DNA of 57,527 nucleotides from assembly GCF_001194135.2 (NCBI RefSeq), contig NC_068984.1, forward strand, positions 85,465,220 to 85,522,746, written 5' to 3'. Source of the stretch: Octopus bimaculoides. Lineage: Eukaryota. Made by a program: the position numbers and the translations under genes. Within the stretch, counting starts at the first letter, position 1. Every line of letters starts with the position of its first letter. Positions 47,790-57,527 of the stretch are shown piece after piece. The notes under the pieces are model-generated. The model was not told the origin of the DNA. It did no database searches and saw nothing but the letters and a program-made list of their open reading frames with translations.

Positions 47790-48185
47790 GTCTCTGAGTT
47801 GTAAGTCTACAAGAGTTTTCTGAAAATGTCAGTAGGGATTGAGGGTTGGCAGTAAGGTTGGAACATGTGTAGGGGGGTATCTTTTATTGGAAATGGGAGT
47901 TGCTGGGAAGATGTCTGTCTATGTGTTCGTTTGTGTATGTTTTGGTTAAACTCTTTGTCGAATTCTCAGGATGTGATGGTGAAAGAGTCGAAGGGAGAGA
48001 GCTAATGATAGTCATGAAGGCACAATAAGGTATACCTTTTTTCATGCAGTTTAGGTAGATGTCTGGGTGTTGACAGTTTTTCAATATGGTTCTTTTCTGC
48101 TGCTATTAAAATAAGCCATGCACTCCTCTGTGATTTTCCATTTTATGTTGTACTCCGTGACACTTTTCTTTAACGACCATACGCG
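47790..48185 (-). pseudogene. Penelope-like element fragment (C-terminal part of the GIY-YIG region and downstream)
   Basis: The minus strand from 48182 reads VWSLKKSVTEYNIKWKITEECMAYFNSSRK, then after a frameshift CQHPDIYLN. This resembles the IW.LK.....Y.IKW.I......Y.N.SK.C motif of Penelope-type endonuclease ends (recalled motif). Confidence 0.6.
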
Positions 48186-48219
48186 CCCGACCAGGGCTGT
48201 GGCATTTAGTCTCCAGCCT

Positions 48220-48940
48220 GAAATTTAGGGGAGAGGAGGTTAGTTGATAACAGCGACTCCAGTGCTCAACTGGTACTTATTCTTTTCTACTCTAGGCATA
48301 AGGCCCGAAATTTTGGGGGAGGGGGTCAGTCGATTAGATCGACCTCAGTACGCAACTGGTACTTAATTTATCGACCCCGAAAGAATGAAAGGCAAAGTCG
48401 ACGTCGGAGGAATTTGAACTCAGTGCGTAAAGTCGGTCAAAATGCCGTTAGGCATTTGTCTGGCATGCGAACGATTCAGTTAGCTCTCTGCCTTTGTACT
48501 ATAGAGTATCTTATCTACTATAGGTACAAGGCCCAGCATTTTGGGGAAGGGTGATAATCNNNNNNNNNNACTGGTACTTAATTTATCGACCCCGAAAGAA
48601 TGAAAGGCAAAGTCGACGTCGGAGGAATTTGAACTCAGTGCGTAAAGTCGGTCAAAATGCCGTTAGGCATTTGTCTGGCATGCGAACGATTCAGTTAGCT
48701 CTCTGCCTTTGTACTATAGAGTATCTTATCTACTATAGGTACAAGGCCCAGCATTTTGGGGAAGGGTGATAATCGATTACATCATCCTCAGTACTCAACA
48801 GTACTTATTTCATCGATCCCGAAAGGATGAAAGGCAAAGTCGACCTCGGCGAAATTTGAGCTTACAACATAAAGACAGACGTAAATGCTACTGAGCGTTA
48901 TGTCGGGCGTGCTAACGATTCTGCCAACGCGCCACCTTTA
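48220..48940 (-). mobile_element. Run of head-to-tail family A SINE copies/fragments (partly an assembly duplication)
   Basis: Repeated GGCCC..AATTTT.GGGGA...GTCGATT..ATCGAC...CTGGTACTT...GAAAGGCAAAGTCGAC blocks. 48355-48559 is identical to 48570-48774 across a 10-N gap. Confidence 0.9.
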
Positions 48941-48958
48941 TGCTATTAATATTAATTA

Positions 48959-49180
48959 CGAAGGAGGACTGAAAAGTTCCTGGCTTTGGGTAAAAGAAAA
49001 TACAGGAGGATCAGTTAATTATGATTGTATTCAGATTCACACACTTATTGCAGCGGCTCTTCAGTTTTTCTAAGTTTTTCTAAGTTTTTCTAAGCCTTGA
49101 AAAATGAACTTGGAAGGTTAGGCTACCAACAAGGCCTTTCGCGATACCCTTGAAGCCAGGAACTTTTCGGCACACTGTCG
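48959..49180. mobile_element. Mariner-type MITE, copy 1
   Basis: TIRs CGAAGGAGGACTGAAAAGTTCCTGGC and GCCAGGAACTTTTCGGCACACTGTCG; TA on both sides (48957-58, 49181-82). Confidence 0.9.
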
Positions 49181-49759
49181 TACATTAACATCATAGGAGT
49201 AAATTTTTAACATGATTACTTCTCGTTGCAGACATTCATCCGAGATAGGGCATCTCGCTATGTTGTACATTAGGAAAATTACCTATACCGCTAGCGTTAA
49301 GTGATTGGTGAATTATCTTGTAGAGATACATAAGTATAAAACGTTTTTTATACTATTTATTTGAATCTGATGGAATGACTGGTACACTGTGTCGTAATCG
49401 GCAGGCTGCCCGGTAAGTAATATATGCGCGGTTCGAGTTTCGTTGGCCGGCTTGTTAATCGTGGCGTATAATATATACCATAAATTGACAACGCCAATAA
49501 CCTTATTGTATTTTCTTTTACCCAAAGCCAGGAACTTACTGCCGGTCTTCCTTTTTTTTTAAACTCCCACCATTTTCCTGTTTCACTCTCCTCCAGCGTT
49601 TCTCTTCTATTCTTCGTCTTTGATGGAGGATTAGCATCTGAAATGTTAAGACTTTTTCCGTTCATTTTAAGCAGTAAGCTACTTCAATATATGTTAAAAC
49701 TTGTCCTTCCTGAATTGTTTCCATTCATTTTGTGTTCATTGACTTCAAAAAGCAACCGT

Positions 49760-49942
49760 GTTGGTGGCATGTAAAATGCACCCATTATACTCTTGGAGTG
49801 GTTGGCGTTAGGAAGGGCATCCAGCCATAAAAAAACCATGCCAAATCAGACTGGAACCTGATGCAGCTCTGCAGTTTATCAGTTTCAATCAAACCGCTTC
49901 ACCCATGCCAGCATGGAAAGCAAACGTTAAATGATGATGATG

Positions 49943-49945
<3 letters not shown>
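49760..49945 (+). mobile_element. RTE-LINE-type 3' tail ending in (GAT)n
   Basis: GGCGTTAGGAAGGGCATCCAGCC...CCATGCCAGCATGGAAA...CGTTAAATGATGATGATG. The same tail occurs at 55735-55910 and ~56130-56182. Confidence 0.8.
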
Positions 49946-49986
<41 letters not shown>

Positions 49987-50084
49987 AATTGCACATACAT
50001 ACACAAGCATGCATAAACAAGAATAAAATATTTCTGATGCTATGCAGATCAATAATTTGATAATGATAGTAATAATAATTCTTT

Positions 50085-50460
50085 CTATTATAGGCACAAA
50101 ACCTGAAATTTTATTGGGAGGGGAGCTAGTCGATTGCATCGACCCCAGTGTTTCACTGGTACTTAATTTATCAACCCCGAAAGGATGGAAGGCAAAATCG
50201 ACATCGGGCAAAATTTGAACTCAGAGCATAGCAGCAGAAGAAATTCCGCGAAGCATTTCGTCCGGCATGTTAACGATTCTGCTAACTCGCCACCTTAATA
50301 ATAAAAGTAGTAATAATAAAAATAATAATAACGTTGATGGTCTCAAATTTTAGCACAGACCAGAAATTTTAGGGTTTGGAAGTGAGTCAATTACATCGAA
50401 TCCAGTACTTGACTGATATTTTTTATCCTCCCTGAAAGGATGAAGAGCAAAGTTGGTAGG
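50085..50460 (-). mobile_element. Two family A SINE copies (50085-50297 near full; ~50340-50450 partial)
   Basis: TATAGGCACAAAACCTGAAATTTT...GTCGATTGCATCGACCCCAGTG...GAAAGGATGGAAGGCAAAATCGAC...AACGATTCTGCTAACTCGCCACCTT. Confidence 0.9.
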
Positions 50461-50571
50461 AGTTTTCCAAGGAAATATAATGAAACACTTTATAACTTTC
50501 TACGTCCTTACATATATTTGTTCCATGCTTGAGAGTCAAAAGTCTATGTTTCCCAAGCTCAACACTTATAA

Positions 50572-52857
50572 CACTCGTCAACAAGTATTTTTCAAGTATA
50601 TGTCAAAGTGTACTTAGTATAGTTTTTAATGCTGGTTTCAAATATACAATTTCTTTGACATCACGTATAGTTTTCCAGATGAGAAAGTTGTTTTGGTTTT
50701 AGCTCATGCGTTATATAGAAATTCCAATTAATGACGTATATACATGTATTTCATTTACATCATGGAAACATATCTTTAAAATAAACTACATTATTCATTG
50801 CTGCATAGTTCAGATGCAATATTTCATCATTTTAAATTAACCAATCAAGTTTTGTTTGATGAAATAGGTATTTCAACATCTGAAATTGTCCCGTCATACT
50901 CAAATTCAATATAAGTATACCGTTTGTATCTATTTCCTTACTTGTTTTACAGTGTTAACAATGTCAAGATAGTGTAGCAATCGTCCTGATGTGTTTTGTT
51001 ATGTCTGTGGACAATTTATTGTCAAAGCTCAAAAACGTACAACACCAGAGACCAAGAAGATTTATAAGCTATATTTTGATTGTCCTCTTGGAGATCAAGA
51101 CAAGTTATGGGCACCACATTTCATCAGCTCGGCTTGTTCAAATGGCTTATGTGAATGGTTCAATAAGAAGGAGTCCATATCTTTTGCCATTTCAATGATA
51201 TGGAGGGGGCCGAAAGACCATTTTTATGACTGCTATTTTGCAAAGTAAATGTCACAGGATTTTTTTATGAAGAATAAACACAAAATTGTTTATCCCAATT
51301 TGGATTCTGCAATGAGACCTGTGTCTCACAATGGAAGTCTGCCAATTCCAGTTCCACCAGATGATGATGCTGACTGTCACGTCAGTGCTGCTGAGGAAGA
51401 ATACGTGGCTGATGACGATAACTTTGAACCTCAGAAATTTTCCCAAGCTGAAATGAATGGCCTTGTCAGAGACTTATCCTTCTCAAAAGATAAAGCAGAA
51501 CTGTTGGCATCAAGACTGAAGGAGAAGTATCTGCTAGAACACGGTGTTCGTAGACCTTATTTTCAGCAGAGAAATGTGGTTCTACAAACGTGTTTTTCTG
51601 TTGAAGGCCCGCTTTGCTTTTGCAGTAACATCGATGGTCTTTTCGAATGTTCATCACGAAATCATAATCCTGCAGAGTGACGCTTCTTTATTGACTCTTC
51701 AAAACGAAGAAGCCCTCCATTCCTATTGCACACTCCGTTCATCTTCATGAATCATATGAGAATACGGAATTTTTACTTCATGTCATTTCCTATGAAAAAT
51801 ATTCATGGAAAATATGTGGATATTTGAAAGTCATTGGGATGTTAATGGGAATACAGTCGGGTTTCACAAAATACTGTTGTTTTTGTGTCTATGGGATAGT
51901 CGGGCAACTGACAAACATTATTCGGAATCAAACTGACAGACAAAAATATCATACCAGCCAGGACACTCTAGCGTCAAGAATACACCTTTTGTAGATCCCT
52001 GTAATGTCCTATTGCCTCCTTTGCACATAAAGCTTGGACTGATGAAATAGTTCGTAAAGACAGTAGGAAAGAGAAATGCCAGAGGGTTCGAGTATATTGT
52101 AGAAAAGTTTCCCAAAATCACACAGGCGAAGTTGAAAGCGGATATCCTTGTCGGACCCCAACTTAGAAAAGTACTCAAAGATGTCAACTTCAAGACAACA
52201 CTGGATGAACTGGAACTGCCTGTCTGAAATGTTTTCAATTGGATCTGTGAGAATTTCTTGGTCAACAAGAGGGCAATAGACTACAAGGATGGCATCAAGA
52301 ATCTTCTGAAATGTTACTCAGCAATGTCACTGAAAGTTCACTTTTTGTACTCCCATCTGGATTTCTTCGCAGATAACCTTGGAGCAGTGTCTGATGAACA
52401 TGATGAAAAATTTCACCAGGACATTAGGGCTATGGAGAAACGGTATCAAGGCTTCTGGAATAACAGTATGCTGGCTGACTACTGCTGGACACTTTACCGT
52501 GTTCAACCAGATCAGGAACACCGCAGGAAATCCAAATCACAATGTTTCTAACTATGTAGTTCTAGATTTGTCTGTTTTGTCTGACCCATGTTTTGTGTAT
52601 TCACTTTTTATAGCATGATAGTGATGATTTTTAACTCAATAAACTCATTTACTTTCTAAAAATAATATATCTTTATTTATTACGTTAATGATTTCATATA
52701 TACAAATATGTAAATATTTGCATGTGTCTAGTTAGAAACTGATACGTACTGCATTACAAGTGGAGCGAAATTTTGAAATCAGCATGAAAAAATTAGTCTA
52801 AAGAAAGTTGGTTTGCATTCGTAATGAGTATAATACATTTAATTTTATTGACCAGTG
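50572..52857 (+). mobile_element. Full-length Chapaev3-like (CMC group) DNA transposon, 2286 bp
   Basis: Termini CACTCGTCAACAA and TTATTGACCAGTG; 3-bp TSD TAA at 50569-71 and 52858-60. Contains a transposase pseudogene (next feature). Family assigned from recalled protein motifs plus the CACTG/TWA signature. Confidence 0.85.
50961..52551 (+). pseudogene. Chapaev3-type transposase, disrupted
   Basis: MSR*CSNRPDVFCYVCG...DQDKLWAPH..C..C...W.GPKDH.YDCYF (N-terminal Zn finger), then LVRDLSFSKDKAELLASRLKE, (W)RFFIDSSKR, SGFTKYCCF, LLPPLHIKLGLMK, KVHFLYSHLDFF, GAVSDEHDEKFHQDI..MEKRYQG.WN..MLADYCW, ending RKSKSQCF*. At least 4 stops, 2 or more frameshifts and a deletion after DSSKR. Confidence 0.9.
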
Positions 52858-52994
52858 TAATTATTAACAAATAAAAATTTAAACAATGTTTTATTTCATT
52901 TGTCTGAAAAATTTTGGTTACTTTTTGTATCTTTGTATAAATAAACTAAAGAACTCTCGTTACAACTTCTGATTTATCTTTATTATTTAACAAA

Positions 52995-53175
52995 GACTGC
53001 GAGATGGCAGTGCTATTATCACATCAGACAAAATGCTTAGCAGCATTTGTGTTCTGAGTTCAAATGCTCCCAAAGTTGACTATGCCTTTCAACCTTTCAG
53101 GATTGAAAAAAAATAAGTACCAGTCAATGTAATCGATTGTCCCCACTCCTCCAAAATTTAAGCCATGTGCCTATC
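52995..53175 (+). mobile_element. Family A SINE (degenerate)
   Basis: AAATGCTTAGCAGCATTT..TTCTGAGTTCAAAT...GTTGACTATGCCTTTCAACCTTTC...AAGTACCAGTC. Confidence 0.82.
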
Positions 53176-53327
53176 AGTTTATTATCATTGAACATTATTA
53201 TTATTTAGCAAACACACATACTCCTAATTATAATACGAAATACACACTCCTATTCATTTCCGCAGTATAATTTTCAGTTCAATATAAACTGGCAGTGCAA
53301 TGTTTCTACAAGTATATACAATATATA

Positions 53328-53529
53328 CGAGGGAGTGCTGAAAAGTTTCTGGTGTTAAGGGTATTGTGAAAGGCTTGGTTGAAGGTCCAACCTTCTGAGT
53401 TCTTTTACAGGGCTTAGAAAAAAATGAAGGACCACTGCAATAAGTGTGAGAATCTGAAAGAGAAATATAATTAACTGATCCTCCTGCACTTTCTTTTACA
53501 CAAAGTCAGGATCTTTTCAGCGCTTCTCA
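53328..53529. mobile_element. Mariner-type MITE, copy 2 (opposite orientation to copy 1)
   Basis: TA|CGAGGGAGTGCTGAAAAGTTTCTGG...CAGGATCTTTTCAGCGCTTCTCA|TA. Confidence 0.9.
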
Positions 53530-53604
53530 TATGTACAAAGACATGGATGCTCATATGCATGTGCGCGTGCGTGCGTGCGTGAGTGAGTGTGAGTGTGTGT
53601 GTGT

Positions 53605-53657
<53 letters not shown>

Positions 53658-53679
53658 TGTGTGCGTGTGTGCCTCATAT

Positions 53680-55330
53680 TCACCAGGAAATGAGAAAGAC
53701 AAGCCATTGCATGTACCAAAATCTTTCCCGGTGAAGAGTGCTATACTCAGCATAGATACATAGATTAGTGGTCAGTGACTACAATGTCAGGGCTTGGCAG
53801 ACTCAAAGACAGAAAACTGTATAGAGAAGAAAGACATAGAAGCTAAAAGAACTTGCAGTTTGTCATGTGTATGACTGAGTTAGATAACTATAACATACCT
53901 AGGTATTTTTAACATAGATGACAACTGGGAGTTCCTAAGAAATGACTTGCTTAGAGCTACAGATCAGATTATTTGGTAATGGAACATCCCAGCCAAATTG
54001 AAAGTGACATGGTGGTGGAATGATATGATTGATAAGGCTGCAAAAGCGATTTGGAAAGCCAAGAAGGAAGATGGAAGCAAACAGCTAGCTAGGCAACAAA
54101 TATACATAACTGGGGGAAAAGCAAAAAAGAAAGAGCTGTGTATATGATCTGCCACCTGGAGACTAGAAATGTGAGGTATTCAGGATTGCAAGAGTATTAG
54201 AGAAAACTGAAATGTCATTGTCATTGTGAGGAAAAGTGCATCAGAACTGATTCAGATACAAGTGCTAATGACAAAGGAGATGCATCAAAATTACTTATAT
54301 CAGATGTGGATAATGTATGAAATAAAGAAGAGAGACGTGATGTCAATCCTACAGAGAGACCAGCAAATCAAGTTGACAGGAATGCTGTAGATGAAGTGAT
54401 TAAGGAAACAAAGGTAAGGAAAGCTGATGGTCCAGCAGTGATAGTGACATGTTTGGTGAGGTAAGATATATGATAGTCACCCTAAAATAAATCAAATAAT
54501 AGAATATCCAATATAGAGTGAATAATATCATTGTTAACTACTACAAGAGCAAACAAGTCACCTTAGAAAGAGGATATTATATAGACATCAAATTATTGGA
54601 CTAGATTATGAAGGTCAAGAAAAGTCATAGCACAACTGATCTGTAACAGAGTGAACTAAATGGGGTGCAGTTTGGCTTCATGCTCAACAGAGATAGCACA
54701 GATGCAATCTTTCTAGTGAGGAAACTGCAGGAGAAATACTCAGCTAAGAGTAAACTATTATTTTTGGCATTAATTGGATTGGAGAAGACCTTTGACAGGG
54801 GGCCACATTCTGTAATTTGGGGATTATTATGGAAGCTAGGTGCAGAGAAATGGTTTGTGAGGCCTGTGCAAGCTAGTGGGGCAGGGTGCTGAAAAGTTCC
54901 TGGTTTTAAGGGTGTCACAAAAGGCCTGATTGGAGGCCCAACCTTCTGAGATCTTTTACAGGGCTTAGAAAAACTGAAGGGCTACTGCAATAAGTGTATG
55001 AATCTGTGAGGGGAATATGTTGAAATAAAATCATAATTAACTAATCCTCCTGTATTTTCTCTTACTCAAAGCCAGGAACCTTTCAGCACCTGCTCCTGTG
55101 TACAAAGATGCAGTAACCAAAAATCCACAATAAGTTCAGCATGAAAGAAGAGTCCATCAAATTTCAGTTCTCAGCCCTTTTATAGTCCTCCAGAATATCA
55201 CACAAAAGTTCAGGAGCTCTTATATTCTGATGATCTGATCTGGATCTCATTAATGAATCTATACAGCAATTAGAGAAGATATTATAGGCATGGAAGCTAA
55301 ACCTACAATCAAGAAGTCTTAAGTTAAACT
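53680..55330 (+). pseudogene. Degenerate RTE-clade LINE ORF fragment (end of endonuclease through RT)
   Basis: KIFPGEECYTQHR..LVVSDY, KVTWWWNDMIDKA, QFGFMLNRDSTDAIFLVRKLQEKY, LEKTFDRGPHSVIW.LLWKLG...VQA|YKDAVT. Many stops; interrupted by MITE copy 3. Confidence 0.85.
54876..55096. mobile_element. Mariner-type MITE, copy 3, inserted in the RTE RT region
   Basis: GGGTGCTGAAAAGTTCCTGG...GCCAGGAACCTTTCAGCACC. The RTE reading frame resumes on either side. Confidence 0.88.
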
Positions 55331-55734
55331 TGGCAAATATGAAGTAGAAAGAAAGTAAGTAAGAAAAAAGTAAGAAGCAAAAAAGACAGAATTCAAACCT
55401 CTTCAGTGAAACAGTCTTGCTTGGTAAAAGACTAGGTATAAACTAACCTTGGACTTTCCTACACAACCCACATCCTCACTCTTATCAATTTGCTCTTGCT
55501 TTTCTCACTAACCATTGGCACTAATCCTTTTCCGTTCCCCTGTTCCTGCTATACACCCTCCTCCAATAGTGACTTCTGTTACTTTCTCCACTCCCTCTCT
55601 CTCACAATCTATTCCTCTCCTCATATATTACCCTCTTCTGTCATGTTGCCTGGAATCATTGCACCCTCTCTCTTTTTTCTATTTTAATTATAGGGATGAC
55701 ATTAAGCTCTAAGTTTTTCAAATTGCACAACCTC

Positions 55735-55910
55735 TCTAGTGATGGTGCCACAGAAACAGCATCCAATACACTAAATGGTTGGCACCAGGAAGGACGTGCA
55801 ACCATAGAAACTATGCCAAAGCAGATATTGTGGTATGGCATGCTCCTTTGGCTTATTGAATCCTGTTCACCTTTCCAATATGGAAGGTGAACGTTAAATG
55901 ATGATGACGA
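55735..55910 (+). mobile_element. RTE-type 3' tail ending in (GAT)n
   Basis: GGTTGGCACCAGGAAGGACGTGCAACC...CCAATATGGAAGGTGAACGTTAAATGATGATGAC. Confidence 0.75.
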
Positions 55911-56149
55911 TAAATACTAGCAACCATGCCCAGTCTTGCCTGGGTTTATTAATACATAAAATAAATGCAACAACATACATTTATAATATTTTGGATAAAA
56001 ACACACTGACAATCTTTGGTTAGTCCAAGAAACAAGATTCATTCAGAACTGTTGCATCAAAGCCATCCAAAACCTGGTTCTAGTAGAGTTCCATTAAAAA
56101 TGTGTAAAAAGTATTCTTTTAATAATCCATGCTAGCATGGACAACAGAC

Positions 56150-56181
<32 letters not shown>

Positions 56182-56349
56182 AATTGAACCTAAAACACAA
56201 TTTCACACTATTTTTGTTTCCTGAGATTTTTTCTTATTTTTCAAAATACTGAAGTGGTGTACATAATTAATCTAAATTAATGATTTTTCTAATCAGTCTT
56301 AGTGGTGGGGAGAAGGTACTACCCCCCCCCCACACACACNNNNNNNNNN

Positions 56350-57506
56350 TTGGTGTGGCTTTCAATGCCAAAATTTGGCACAATTCCTTCTAGGATCTTT
56401 CAGATGTATATTACTGCATACCTCTCCCACCTTCACTCCAGGGAGTAGAGTCTTAGCTGTTTCAGCTTTTCCCAGTAGCTGAGCAGTTGCAAAGAGACAA
56501 TCTTCTTTGTGAATCTTCTCTGGATTGCTTCAAGATCCACTGTTAATTTTACACTGTTGGGTGACCATAGCTGGGAGCAGTAATCCAGGCGGCTGAGGAC
56601 GAATGTCCTCCAGAGAACCATCATGGTTTCCTTATCTCTGGTTCTGAATGTTTTCAGGATCCAACCAGCCAGTCGTCTGCACTTTGTCGCCATCCTGGTA
56701 ATGTGCACTTGGAAAGAGATATCATCACTCATGTCGATACCCAGGTCCTTCACTGATTTAGGCTCTGGGATTGAAATTCCCTGTGGACTAGTGTACTCTG
56801 TAAGTTTTATATTCAGTTTTGGATGCTGGTAGCACAGGGCTTGGAATTTTTCACCATTAAACTGCATATTATTATCCTCAGCCCATCTGTAAATTGAGTC
56901 CAACTCTTGCTGCAGATGTGCAACATTGCTGGGGTTCTGTATTTTCTGCGAGACTTTCGTATTCTATGCATAGCTTGCAAGGGTGGCTATCCAGGCACTT
57001 GAGGGCATATCTGAGAGGGCCACTATGAAAAGTAGTGGTCCCAAGACTGCCCTGTGGAACACAGCTCACTATTTGTGTTTTCATTGAGGTAGCTCCATTG
57101 GCCACTACTGTCTGACTTCTATCTTTCAGAAAGTCATGTAACCATTCTCCAAGTTTTCCAGCTATGCCGAGATCATGCAGTTTGTGGCATATCATACCAT
57201 GATCCACTTTGTCAAAAGCTTTTGCAAAATTAAGGTGTATTATGTCCACATTTGAGTTGTTGAGTAACTGCTTCAACATCCAGTCATAATGTTGTAAGAG
57301 CTGGGTCAGGCAGCTCCTACATGGTCGAAAGCCATGCTAGGTATCACTCAGCAAGTCATTTTCTTCAAAGAATGCGATTAGTTTCTCTCTGACTATCTGT
57401 TCCATGACTTTGGTGATGTGTGAAATCAAAGAGATAGGCCTATAGTTTTTGGCATCTGCTCTGCTTCCCACTTTATGGATTGGGCATATTATTCCATCCT
57501 TCAGCT
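56350..57506 (-). pseudogene. CR1-group LINE reverse transcriptase fragment
   Basis: KLKDGIICPIHKVGSRADAKNYRPISLISH...HGFRPCRSCLTQLL...DIIHLNFAKAFDKVDH...VPQGS.LGP...(YADD decayed)...VKDLGIDMSDD...SRLDYCSQLWSP...LEAIQRRFTK...LRLYSLE. Few frameshifts; cut by a gap and by the window end. Confidence 0.93.
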
Positions 57507-57527
57507 TATATATATATATATATATAT

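Noticed and set aside
48220-48940. Regularly repeated motifs resembling a CRISPR-like array
   Set aside because: These are tandem SINE copies plus an assembly duplication in eukaryotic DNA, with no constant repeat and unique spacer structure.

Overview
This is 57.5 kb of AT-rich, microsatellite-saturated animal genomic DNA with 16 N-gaps (about 6.6 kb in total). The SINE families and repeat landscape match what I recall of an Octopus short-read assembly; the taxon is an inference. I find no intact host protein-coding gene, genuine tRNA, rRNA or CRISPR array. Almost every ORF in the supplied track is a translation of a microsatellite or an N-run. The identifiable content is transposon-derived. 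DNA transposons: two full-length but dead mariners (7895-9132, 14193-15420), three mariner-type MITEs, a full-length Chapaev3-like element with TIRs and a TAA TSD (50572-52857), two hAT-type MITEs, and a 561-bp MITE with perfect 37-bp TIRs and an 8-bp TSD (37849-38409). Retroelements: RTE, CR1-group, R4/Dong-like and Penelope-like fragments, plus many tRNA-derived SINEs. Structure these do not explain: a ~400-bp palindrome of two back-to-back tRNA-like Pol III heads (20487-20882), two pre-miRNA-sized hairpins (12467-12536, 36914-36980), a degenerate C2H2 zinc-finger pair in unique DNA (17489-17677), and several promoter/enhancer-like islands. I cannot demonstrate a new biological system from sequence alone. 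The tRNA-headed palindrome and the hairpins are the best leads.
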